A program made the position numbers and the translations under genes. A stretch of 64,000 bases of DNA, from contig NC_134033.1 in NCBI RefSeq assembly GCF_964204645.1, forward strand, positions 13,090,655 through 13,154,654, written 5' to 3'. Origin of the DNA: Tubulanus polymorphus (taxonomy: Eukaryota > Animalia > Nemertea). Shown here in pieces: positions 36,787 to 48,655 of the stretch (positions are counted from its first letter, which is position 1; every line of letters starts with the position of its first letter). The notes beneath the pieces were generated by a model. The model was not told the DNA's origin and ran no database searches. It saw nothing but the letters and a program-made list of their open reading frames with translations.

Positions 36787-38485
36787 CAGCTTCACTTGGC
36801 AAAAGAATCCTTTACTCATTTACCTGATGAAGCTATTATACATAAGTTACAAAAACTGATTCTCTAATCAAATCAAGTAAACCTTCAAAGGACTGTTTGT
36901 CTTAATGTTTTACACAGTTTAAATCAGGGCCGTTTCAATAGTTTTTACTCTAGATTTTTTATCAAGCCGGGTTCGTCGGGGTCGTTCAGTCAGTAGCTTT
37001 GCTCTAAAGAAGTTTTACTGTTTGATATGGCTGTAAAAAATTGATTAAAGTAACTATCAATGTTGTAAATGCGCGTTGTTGACGTGAGTAGAACAAGCTC
37101 CGAGGGGGCGTCCGTTGAAGCGGCTTATTGCGCCGATGGTAGTTTTTGAAGCGAAGTTAAATAATTGATATTGAAGCGTAGGAGTTCTGCGGAAGCTGGG
37201 TCGTGTTACCATTCAGATATCAAGCCAAGATGGAGATATAGAACAAAGGAAAGTGAGAGGAAGGGGGATGTTGATGGAACGGGCTCGCAATGCGGGACAA
37301 CCAACGCTACTGTGGCAATCGAAGATTACAGCAAGTGAGGATCCACCAGGTGTCGCTAGTAGTTATTCTGGTCTCCCATGTTCGATTTCTTCGTTCAGTT
37401 ATATCAAAGTTTCTAAACGGTTTAAATTTGGATTGTTTTGCGCGATGTTCAGTTAAGTAGGATACAATCAAAATCTAAGACTGAGTGCTGAGGTATCGTT
37501 ATCATCATCGTTATAAGTCAATGTTTTTACTCAAAAGTACGACACAAAAATACGGTCATTATTACATGAAAGAAAAAGTTAAAAGTAAGTACTTCTACAC
37601 TCTATGAAGCGTAGAAAAGAAATAGAACAAAAAGTGACCTCAAGGTATTGCAGTTCGTTACTCGGAAGGAGAGAAAAGTAAATTCTTGACTTTATTTCGT
37701 CTCTTTTTCGCCGGTGTATTTGTCGTCGGTCGTTCGTGTGTCGGGGATATTTCCAGGAATCTCGTCGAGATTTCAATATCGATGTTGTACACGCGCCTTC
37801 GTTCGCTCGCTCGCGGATCCTCGGCTGCTGTAGAAAACATGTTTCCGATTGCGCGACGAAATGCGAAATACTTGTACATCTATTATTCATCGCCTCGATG
37901 AGTTGGTTTTTGTGTTCTTGAAATCTGATCCGAAATTTAAGACATAATTTCAATATTTCGCCGGAACGCGTCGTATCTGCTTCAGTCCAATCGTTTTTGT
38001 TTCGTTGACAATCGTGTCATTTGATCACGACGAATAAAAACGTAACGCGAGCGGTCCGAAGAAATCCACAACGGACAACTTCTTTCATCGGGGTTTCAAT
38101 TACTACTTTCATTGGGGGGGGGGGGTTAAATTACTGCCTGTAAGAATGAATACATTTCAGCAATAGTTGATACAGTAAAAGAGACCTCTGACTACTATTT
38201 CAGAATAGTTTCTACCCTTTAAAACCTCAACTACTCCCGAAAATATCAAAGTATAGTGTCAAATTCAGAATAATTTCTGGTTAATTTTCGATTAAACTAC
38301 TATTTTTAATGTGAAAATACTCTAAAAATTTGGTGCGAGCAGTAAAAGATATCAGGTACCCAGGTCAAGAGTAAAACCTCTCCGTTGTGAATGCTTGTGT
38401 AACCGAGCATAGAAAGTGACTCCAAAATCTGTTTACTAGTTAGTATTGGAGGTGTACATGTACAGCTTTGCTGCTCAACCACCAG

Positions 38486-38645
38486 GGCCCGGTTTCATAG
38501 ACTGAGTATCAAGAATATCCCTCGGGGTTAAATCCTCAATCTGGATGACAACCGTTGTAGTAACAATGAGAAACCATGGTTATAACTGATGAATTTCAAA
38601 ATGATCCCAGGGACTATCTTTCTTCCACATCTATGAAACCCAGCC
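38486..38645. mobile_element. PIF/Harbinger-like MITE family D, CAG target duplication (half copy at ~50646)
   Basis: CAG|GGCCCGGTTTCATAGA...TCTATGAAACCCAGCC|CAG. Confidence 0.7.
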
Positions 38646-38688
38646 CAGTGTTTTGGTGGAAGGGGAATCAATCAGCCTTGGTTTCTAA

Positions 38689-38878
38689 AGCCCAACGCAC
38701 ACAGCAAAACATGTGTTTCACCGAAACAGAAAACATGTTTTTCAGAAAACGTTTTTTGCTTGTGAAAAACGTTTTTCAGTTCGGCCTGTTTTGCCTCCCC
38801 CGCACACGGCATAACAAGAACATCGAAAACGTTTTTTCACGTGGAAAAAACATTTTTCGGTGCCGTGTGCGTTGGGCT
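38689..38878. mobile_element. PIF/Harbinger (Tourist)-like MITE family E, TAA target duplication
   Basis: TAA|AGCCCAACGCACACAGCA...TGCCGTGTGCGTTGGGCT|TAA; possible distant relative at 44524-44672. Confidence 0.8.
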
Positions 38879-39409
38879 TAAGATAGCGTAATAGTGATGA
38901 TATGTTTGCTGTGATAATGACGACCTTCTCTTCTAAAGATACGAATATATTCTGATTAGCTATATAAAACACTCCTCAGGAATGGAGACTCTACTGCAGT
39001 CTACCACTACGTCGATCGTGGATTCCACCTGTGGCATGCGAGGATCCATCGGCTTAGACATGTTCGACTATTCCGTTTAATTATGATCCTCGTCGCAGTC
39101 GGAAAAAATGAACTTTCAAGAAATTTGATTCGAACGTGACAGGAACGTCGCTACTGAATTCATGATTCAGGGGTTTATGGATGTCGGACGTCGGGATCGT
39201 CGCCTCGAGGACTGAAAAAATGAACGACGCCGCGTAAATCCGCTCGCACAGACCTGCAGCGAGTAGTAGACAGAATCGAGACACCGACGACGAAAAAAAC
39301 TCGGGAAAAGTGGAACGCACAGCAGAAATAAATCGGTCGCGCCGATGACTGCTTTTTACCGAAAACAAAAAACAAGATTCGTATACTTAAGACTTAAGAC
39401 TTTCTTTTT

Positions 39410-39520
39410 ACTGAAATACCGATTCATCGCTGAAATTCTATGATTCGCTTGAATCTCTACTGATTCGCTGCTGAAATTCTATGATTCATTGCTGAATCTG
39501 TACAGATTCGCTGTTGAAAT
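39410..39520. repeat. Degenerate ~21-bp tandem repeat (GATTCRYYGCTGAAATTCTAT) x5
   Basis: Seen directly. Confidence 0.7.
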
Positions 39521-40242
39521 CATACGTAGAAAACATAGCTGCCTCCATTACTTCCATATATGGCATCGTCATCATACTGACCCAATTCATTAACACTAAT
39601 TGCCAATTAGTTTGATGTCGACATTGAATCAGTGATGTCATTGGGGGATCTAGTGTAGTTAGATGACATCAGGCAGGTCTTTTAGGCAGCCATCCGTTGA
39701 TTGATGCGCTATCATAGGGGATTTGAGCGGGCGGCCATTTTATTAAAGGCAATCTTTGATGATGTCAGTAGTGTATTCATACATACATGTCTACTCATCA
39801 ACCCGATGATGTCATAGGGAGGTTTGCAGAGGCAGCCATTTTCTGTTACAGGCTGTCTAAGCAAACATCAATGACATCAGGATATTCATAACTATGTCAT
39901 AGGGAGATTGATGGAGGCAGCCATCTTTTCCGGTCTATGGAGGTCTTGCGCGAGACGTCATTGAGTTTTCTGCCAAGGACACTCGCCATACGTAACGAAC
40001 ATCGGGATAATCAGGAGATTTATAAAATCTAAACGGTTTCATTCGAAAATGGAACGGACCACCTTAGAATGCGCTTTGCGGTAGTCCGTTCTAAAATTGA
40101 ACAGACTGAATTCGAGTGGAGTCAATTTAAAGCATCTTAGATAATGTACGTTTAACGGTCAGTATGGCGTAAGTCACATGGATAAAGCGAATGACCGCCG
40201 GCGAGATCTCTATAGTAATGTTAGTATAATGTGTGTGCTTAC

Positions 40243-41038
40243 CTGCGATTTCGTTCACAATACTTAACGGCATTACGAGCATGTTCACCATTAGATCCGC
40301 AATCGCCAGCGACATCAGGAAATAGTTAGTGATATTTTGTAGTTTGCGTTCGACGGTGATCGCGCGACACACGAGTATGTTACCGACGATACCGCACAAC
40401 GCGATCAACGACAACAGTAACATATACCAGTTCGTCTGATAGGTGGCGCTAGCGGTCGTTTTGGCGGCGCGGAACAGGCCGTCGGTGCCGCCGCCGCCGG
40501 TCGACGTATCGTTTAACAGCGAAACGTTGAACAACGATTCGTTAAAAAGTTCCAAACAAAATAATCCATCACAGCTGCTATTGTATGGAGGGAAGGACTG
40601 ATAGCGTTGCGGATTTTTGACGCCGTCTCGTTCGCCGCTCGCCGGTTCGAGCGCCGCCTGGTGGTGGTAGTTGATGAAACCGGAGCGTTGTTGGCGCGCG
40701 TAGTACGGCGCGGCATCGAGTTCGCGAGACGACGACGACGCCAGCGCGTACTCGGGCGCGATGCCGCGCGGTATGAAACTCGTCGTGTTGTTATCCATTC
40801 GTTCGTCGTGCGACGCGGGGGGTGAAAATGATATTTCGGATTTGAGCGCGGTTTTTTCGGCAGTCGACGCGAGTCGGTTCTTATTTTCATAATTCAGTGA
40901 CTCATGTCGTTCGTCGTTGTCATGGTCGTTGCCGGGTCGCGGAAGATGATGGGTACGGATTGTTGATTCGTCGCCGGGCTGACCGTCATCGACCCGCTCG
41001 CGACGTCCGTCTCGACGAAACGCTGATTCTACCTTCAT
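40243..41038 (-). CDS. HTR2: 5-HT2-family serotonin receptor, first coding exon (aa 1-265 plus first nt of Gly266): long N-terminus, TM1, ICL1, TM2
   Basis: ORF 40127..41038 encodes TM1 'NWYMLLLSLIALCGIVGNILVC' (GN motif), 'ERKLQNITNYFLMSLAIADLMVNMLVMPLSI' (5-HT2-type 'EKKLQNATNYFLMSLAIAD', D2.50) and N-glycosylation sequons (NTT, NSS, NES, NVS, NDT). Similarity ends at GCA G|GTAAGC (GT at 40242-40241). Exon length 796 = 265x3+1, so phase 1. Confidence 0.93.
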
Positions 41039-41709
41039 CGTAAGAACATTTTTTCCGCGTCGATTGTTCCATGAGGTTTATTCCTATACACGAGCGACAC
41101 GGTATGATAATAACCATTAGCCTATATAGCAGCCATCTTTAAAAACTTCGATATTGAATATATATTCATCCGAATCGACGTAAACCGAATCTGATTTCGA
41201 TTCCGTGATTTGAAATTTGATCCATGCGTTTTTTGTTAAGTGGACGGCAAAATTCGGCTTAGGACGGCGACCATTCGTAACCGAAGTAAAGATAGTTTCT
41301 ACGATTGGCAAAGTTTGGTCGTTTTTCTCCTCGATTCCTTGTTTTCTTTGGTATTACTGCCGATTCCTATTACAGCGTATTCCTATTTCTCGAAGCTCGT
41401 AAAACCAACAACAAAACATCGGAAATCATTCCGCCCGGACTTTCGTAATAAAAATATTCACCATTCGAAAAATCGACGATTAAACGTGTTTAGTAATTCG
41501 ATGAATTAGGACTCGGTCGGGATATGTCACACGCGCGAGGTCATCACATCCGAATGGCAGACGTCGATATGCGTGTAGACAGTCGCGTCGTCGTTACTGC
41601 AGGAATGTGCGCTCACTCTCACCGCTCTCTCTCTCGCTCTCTCTTCATTCAAATCAACTCTCAGTTGTTTCTCCGTCGTCGCGCACAAACCTATTACCGA
41701 CAGGAAATC
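41039..41709 (-). other. Probable 5' UTR part of the first coding exon
   Basis: Minus-strand acceptor TTTTTTTTCCACGTGTATTTGCAG| (CAG at 41712-41710) with an upstream TTATTAAT branch-like motif. The segment from there to the ATG is CpG-rich and free of interspersed repeats. Confidence 0.5.
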
Positions 41710-41990
41710 CTGCAAATACACGTGGAAAAAAAATTTGATTAATAATGCGCGGGATTGGCATCTGCGAACAACACCTTCAGTCCTATAACGTAGGCTCTTT
41801 CGTTGATTGAAATTGGCTTTACACTTTCGCCCTTCCTATTCAAAAAAATGGTGACAATTTACTTTCTCTCTAACAGATTACGTGTGCAGTTGCCCCTTAT
41901 AATGTTTGTTGATTTGTTTAGAGGATAGCAGGTCTGTATGTTTCATAAAGTGCAGGACCCAGTTAAGGGATATTGTCTGGGGTTACTTAA

Positions 41991-42278
41991 CCCTTTCAGT
42001 GCTGACTAATCAATACCCTATAGTGCTGAAGATAATTTGAAAATTTTTTAAAATTCCAGCCTAGTGTGTTGAATAACGGGAATACCACTATAGTGCATCT
42101 ACACCGCGGCGCGGTGTATCGTTAGTTACTAGTATTTCACTATGTTTGACAGGTGCTGCCATTATCCAAGAGAGATAATCACTAATTAATAATTACATCA
42201 ATACACCCCAGTGCGGTGTACTAGCAAAATCTATCACTGATTTATACACCGCACTGTGGTGTAGACGCACTGAAAAGG
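41991..42278. mobile_element. piggyBac-like MITE (family B), reverse orientation
   Basis: TTAA|CCCTTTCAGTGC...GCACTGAAAAGG|TTAA; interior is the reverse complement of the 26137 copy. Confidence 0.88.
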
Positions 42279-43297
42279 TTAAGGCGGCCTTAGTTTTATT
42301 GTTGTGCATTTCGTTTCTCTGATGATGAAGTTTAATCAAAACTTTGAAACTATCAAATGAAATGACCCAAGTTTCACTGGAGGTTTTATCTCTGTGACTT
42401 TATCTGTAATCATTTTCCGATGGTTTAACCTAGATTTGAATATGTAAATGCAGTGGCTATTGAACCTTGTTGCCATGATGAAACCTTTGCATTAAACACT
42501 TTTAATCCAATTAGGTTAGTTCGAATAGTTCATCGGTTTTTCATCGATATATCGTTCAAATCTTGGTGGTGATGGAGATTTCGGTTGAATGCCCCGAGCA
42601 GTGCTTATAGGGTTAGTTCTGCTATTTCTGAGCGTAGTTCAATATTTGCCAGCATATATACTTTTAATACCCAGTACGAAATGAGGAGCTATTTGACCTA
42701 ATATTTTTGATTTTATGAACCGACGTCTTTAGAACATCAAACGTCTTATCGTTGTATATGAGGTTTCATCTTCTACATTGAATAACAATGGTTTATTTCG
42801 TCGTGACTTCAAAGCGTTGAACGCCCGTCGGCAGCAGCAGCGACAGCCGCAGCGCGCCTGTTACAACTGCTCGAGATTTCGTTCGATCGATGTCACTGCG
42901 TCGTCGTCGTCGACGACGAAGACAAAATGTTTCTTATTTGATCGCAGACGTTCGCGACGTTATACGACATCATGAGCGGAGAATCGATCGGAAAATTGAG
43001 AGGAAAAGAGGGAGGGTTTACCCATCTAAAACTACATTCTCCGCTGCGTAGAAACTGTTTATACCTCACTATACATCCCTGAAAAAGTTTTCAATTTGTG
43101 ACTCCTTTACATCTCTGAAAGTATGTCCCCTGCCTCACAGAAATGGTTAGCACTTCCCTACATCCCAGAAACTGTTTTCATTGATTTCCTTAAAACTGGG
43201 TTTATGCTTCTTTGCCTCCCTAAAACTGGGTTTGTACCTTTTTAACTGCCTCAAAACGGGGTCTATCCCTCATTTTTCACTAAAACTCGGTTGATAC

Positions 43298-43549
43298 TGT
43301 TGTGTAGGACCGAGGTCCTACGAAGCATCCGTGAATAGCTTCTCGTAGTTTCATCAATCTACGATCAATACACGTCTTTATTTGTATCTCAGTTCGTCCC
43401 CTTCAGCCGGAGAAGAGATATCGGAATCTTTTTATCCGACATCTTACTATCATTCATTTTTACTTGACCAATACTGAATATATTCCGATAAACGTTATAT
43501 CTCGCTTGTCTCCCTCTCCTTCAGACATTGATTTTTGTCTATGCTAACA
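43298..43549 (-). mobile_element. Possible solo LTR
   Basis: Minus strand TGTTAG...ATAAAAAG...AATAAA...ACACAACA with TGTT/AACA ends. No target-site duplication found. Confidence 0.3.
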
Positions 43550-45079
43550 CTTCTAGCGTTTCATATCGCGGTGGCCAGATAACGTTATTACTAAAAAGCA
43601 CTGCGGCTCTTGTGTCAAGTCAGATTTTAGTATCAGCTTCGTGGAAATTGCGTCCCAAAAGTTCTGGGTTTATATCTGGCTTTATTAACACGTTCAGTAC
43701 CTCTCCACCGCAGTACGGTATTTTGATTGGAGGGTCATTATTGTTACTAAGTCTAAAAACGGTGTTAAATGGTAAGACTGTTCTGAAGTTGATCGATCGG
43801 TACTATGTTGGCCCTAGACTAGTCTTGATTCTAAACTAAGATTCTGAGACTTGCCTGAGAATCCCCACTGGCTGAAGATTTGTCTTGTAGAGTTTATATT
43901 GGAAACGAAATCTGAAGAGTTGAATATTGACAAGATATCAGGTATTGGCGTTAACCGGCAATTATTATTAGTTATTTGTTTATGAAGTGTTCAGATCAAC
44001 CTTGATAAGACCCGTCGCAGGTATTCGTCTATATTTGGAACTTCTCAACAGTTTTCATTTCTGATTTGAAGTGAAAATAAAATCGTGACGTCATTCGGTA
44101 AGAAGTTAACGACGTCATGAAGTTTCTTCTCGAGTAACTAGCTTTGTTAACGTCAGACGAGCTGAGTCTGTGTGAATGATGAGATTTATATTCTTATGCT
44201 AAAGGAACATTGATATATTCATCCAATCACGTCGATTTTAATTTACTGCCTGATTTACGATTTTGCGGGCACACTTTAAGCGAGAGGTACAATATTTGGT
44301 GAGTAGATCCTGTAGATAGCGCATGTACGACATCTGTGCGCACCTGTTGATAGACCCGGGGAGGGGGGGCAAGGCAGTAGGCCTAGCTGCAACTGAAATT
44401 GAATGATTTTGACTAAAGGCCTCGTATAAAGATATAAGTGAATGCTGCCAGGAGTGAGTGTGGGGAAGTGGAACTTACTTACAAAGCACTTGCTTTAGAA
44501 TACCTGAGTGCAGAGAAGAGCATAGCCCAGCGCAGGGCAACACAGAAACGTGGAAATATATAATTGATCTTGAAAACATTGTTTCCCAAAACATGTTTCT
44601 TGTTTCTCGTACACACATATGACACAGGGAAACGCTCGGAAACATGTTCCTCACTTCTGTTTCAGTGGGCTTTAGATGGCCATTTTTCGAGGGACCGCTG
44701 GATTTCTTAATGTGTATGTGGCTGTATTTATTTGGTTCACTAATGATGTCCGCTTGTTTTAGTGCACGTACACTGTATCTCTTCTTATATACAATTTATG
44801 TACTGCGCTGGAACGACTTTGTAATCCCCGGAGGCGAATTCAAAAAGCTCCCTTTTCGCATCACCGGCGCCGCGTCGGTACGTACAACAATATTGATTGC
44901 CGATAAGAATCGATTAGCTGATTTAAAAATATCATTTAATCATAACATGGATCGCATTGTGCGTACGACTACTAATCGGTACAACCTCGGATAAACTTTC
45001 CCAATTAAGTGTGCAGAACGCACGTCTAAAGTGTCAGATGGTCAGTTTGGAGAAAGTTAAGGCGTAGCCAGAGAATATG

Positions 45080-45320
45080 CAACTGTGGAATATATTATAC
45101 AAAGACAAATTCAACCTAAATTGTTGAACTGGGTGCAAGTCAAATCAAACCCATATAACTGCTGAAATGAGTCCAAAGTTGAATTACCCAGTAAACCCAC
45201 ACACACACAACTGTGGAACTGGGTTAAAAGTCACATTAAATCCACACAGCTTTTGAGTACAAAATCAAATTTAGCCCAGACAACTGCAGCGACAATGTCA
45301 TATTGAGCACACATAACCGT
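45080..45320. repeat. Degenerate reverse-orientation array of the ~40-bp unit
   Basis: ACACAACTGTGGAACTGGGT. Confidence 0.6.
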
Positions 45321-45949
45321 TGAACTCTGTTCATGAACTGATCTTCAGGCAGCTGATTTTCTGTTACCGATAAAAACAGTGAATCACATCAGGGAACGAG
45401 TAACCTTTAATGATATGAATAATGAATCGATGTACTTTTCAAAGATTTCACTATTTGTAGATTCAATCTCCGTCAATCTCTCAGGGATTCAGAGATCGCG
45501 TTTCGAGATTGAGATTGTTAGGAGATCTGAAAAAGAAGGGAGGAAAATAGAAAATGATCTTCAACTCGTTTGATCGATCCGAACGGAACGTTTCTCCACT
45601 CAGTTTTTTCGCCGTCGTCGTCAGCGTTTATTTTAAGCCTATTCTCTCGTCAGTTTGTTTAAGATCGGATTAAACGCGATATGAAATGTAATCCCGCAGC
45701 GCTCCCGCTCATTCGCCCCTCGTAGACATTCGTCCCCGTCGTCGTCGCAAAAATTGTCGTATTTACTTAAAAGATTGCGCCGCGATCAAAATTTAATCCG
45801 TTGTCGTTGCGTCGTTGATTTTTATCGCCTCTCGTTTTTCCGTTCGGATCGGATTTTCAGTCGACGGAGACGAGACGGATTCTCGGCAGCGGATCGAGTT
45901 GGAAAAATGCAGAAAACAGAATATTTATTCATCGTGAAGGGCAGATTCA

Positions 45950-46420
45950 GAGTGAAATTAAAACCACCTGCAATAACTGTGGTGCACCGGTCAATATCGG
46001 TTGTTGTATATACAACTGTGAAACTGAGTCATATTAAACCCACACAACTGTGGAACCGTATCAAGAGCAAATCAAACCCACACTACTGTGGAACTGGGTC
46101 CAGAATCAAATTAAACCCATTCAACTGTGAAACTGGGTGCAGAGTCTAATCAAACCCACAAAACTGTGGAACTGTGTTATATTAAACCCACACAACTGTG
46201 GAACCGTATCAAGAGCAATCAAACCCACACTACTGAGGAACTGGGTCCAGAGTCAAATCAAACCCATTCAACTGTGAAACTGGGTTCAGAGTCAAATCAA
46301 ACCTACACTACTGTGTTCAAGAGTCTAATTAAAACCACACCCCTGTGAAACTGGATCCTGAGTTAAGTTATTCAGTTCAGATTCACAGTAGGACTGACAG
46401 ATTGTAGAACTGGATCCAGC
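45950..46420. repeat. Reverse-orientation array of the ~40-bp unit with an internal ~150-bp duplication
   Basis: AAACCCACACAACTGTGGAAC repeats; ATATTAAACCCACACAACTGTGGAACCGTATCAAGAGCAA occurs twice. Confidence 0.85.
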
Positions 46421-46922
46421 AAAACAACGAAGAGCATGTTCTCAGTGCCCAATGTAACTACGTAAACGTAGCTCGTGTTTATATTGCTCTGATCTGATTC
46501 CCCACAGTCAGATCTCATGATAGCACATGTCACTGTGATGGATTACTAGTATCTATCTCGACCTGTCGTCTTCGGTGTCCTTTCATGTTGTCATAACGGT
46601 TTGAGCGATTGCGATTCCCGCAAGTAGATTTTTTATGCATTTAGTAGATATTTCTTTCGCTTGTGTAAGTCTAAAATCATCTCCTCTTAACATGTGCGAA
46701 CAAAAATAAATTGAAGCTTCAATCAGCGTTGAATCTAAGCCCTGATTCTTCAGCCACTTTGGCTACTGATCTTGTAGTTGGATATGCTAGCAAACCTTGT
46801 ATTTTGATCCTGAATCTCTGCGTGGTTGTAGTCACGAAACTGTCATTCGAACAGCCAAACTACGGCTTCTAGGTTCTTGCCGAACTTACGAGCCACTTTG
46901 GTCTTAAAAACTATTTGATTGA

Positions 46923-47224
46923 CCCTATCAGTGCATCTACACCTCAGTGCGGTGTATAAGTCGGTGATGGACTTTGCTAGTACACTGCGTGGCGGTGTAT
47001 CGATGTTACTGTAATTAGTTTTTATCTCTATTGAAAGATGGCAGCACCTGTCAAACAGTGAAATATTAGTAACTAATGATACATCGCACCGTAGTGTAGA
47101 TGCACTAAGTATGCCTGTACGCTGCAGGAGTATGCCTGTTATCCAACTCACCGGGATGGAATTTTTTGAAATTTTCAAATCATCTCCAGCACTTTCGAGT
47201 ATTGATTAGTCAACACTGTAAGAT
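46923..47224. mobile_element. piggyBac-like MITE (family B), more diverged
   Basis: TTGA|CCCTATCAGTG...|TTAA; interior collinear with the 26137 copy. Confidence 0.8.
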
Positions 47225-48419
47225 TTAAAGTCTGGCACTGAATATAATATATAATTGCTTGTGACTGGCTCCGAGTTGCTGGATGATAATCTCCGATTAA
47301 AAGTATATTTCTGTAGCTTCGAAAGTTTTTAATCCAGCGAGCGTGCGCACTGCTTCTTCCGATTTCTATCACGCTCGTCTATAATAGAATCAGCTGTAAG
47401 CCGCGGATAAACGCGTCTCGACTGATTTGATAAAGTCTGGGATGAAGCCCTTCGCAAAACGCTTTTTAAAAACACTCATCATCAATCAATACGACTTTAT
47501 TGATTATCGCGTATGTATGTAAATACCGATTTCCGACGAACTTTCAGTTTGAATAAAGGCATATATAATTTATGGAATAACTTTCGGTCATTGGTCGCAA
47601 AGAGTCGTCCGAGTAGACTGTGACGTGATCAACACTGCCGCGCCACTAGCCGCTGTCAGTCGCAAGAGTCACATATAGAAAATGAGCAAGTCATTGGTCA
47701 CTGGTGTTACAGTCGCATGAGTGCATAGGTCGATGGGCATTGGCGACTCAATCATCACTGGTGGTCGCAGACAATTGGGTTGCAAAGGGTCGCAAGCCTT
47801 TGAATCCTTGTCTAGACTACTGTAATGACAAATGTTGGGTTCAAAGATTATAACAGAACATGATACTTTTTACGTTATATAGAGGCAGTGTAACAGTATT
47901 TTTTTGCGAGGAATAAAGCCAAAAAGTCCAAAATTCCTCAGCATATTCATTGACATTCTAGCACTGATACGCGCACCACACTATAGAAAAGCTTGTACAA
48001 CGTACACTTGTAGTCAGAACACACAAATGTGGCTGCCAATAATTTAACAACAGCAGATTTCCGAGACTGTTCTGAAATATATTTAAATTCGGCTCATTGT
48101 ACAATTTAGCTGGTAGATTGTTCCAGTATTTCGTGCGGTGTGCAAATTGTTACATTCGTTTTCTATGAATAACTAAAGCTTTTCATACGGCGATTATTTT
48201 CGGAACGTTTGCGAGTGAATCGTAACGTTCGTTCGCGTCGAGTTTCGTTATCGATTTGTTTGCGTTTTGCTTATTTTTCAAAAAATCGACGTATGCGAAC
48301 GTCTGTTCGAATTTCGATACCGGTTAGCCTCAGGTGCGCCACCGACATTGTCGTGGAACATTGAAAATGGAACGAATTTACTCGATGAATAAATTGTTTT
48401 CTTTTTAACGTCTGCCATA

Positions 48420-48655
48420 AGTATTCACGCCTACATTGTTTAGAATGTTGCAAATTTAGTTCGCTCCAATTTAGAACGGACCAAGCATTCGCGCCTGAGA
48501 ATCTGTTTATTTGATCACTCTAAAATGGAACAGATTACGATAATCAGTTTTGCATGCATTTAGAACTATTCACTTGCGTGGATGCTCAGTCCTTTCAAAA
48601 TTGGAACGGACTAAATTCGAAACATTCTGAAAGACGTAATCAACGTGAATGCAGC
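48420..48655. mobile_element. MITE-like element with long imperfect TIRs (related fragment at ~40030-40120)
   Basis: ATTCACG..AGAATGTT..AATTTAGTTCGCTCCAATTT versus AAATTGGAACGGACTAAATT..AACATTCT..CGTGAAT. Confidence 0.6.

Noticed and set aside
40127-40242. C-terminal 37 aa of the 303-aa ORF (KHTHYTN...)
   Set aside because: Read-through past the GTAAGC donor; no evidence for a retained-intron two-TM isoform.
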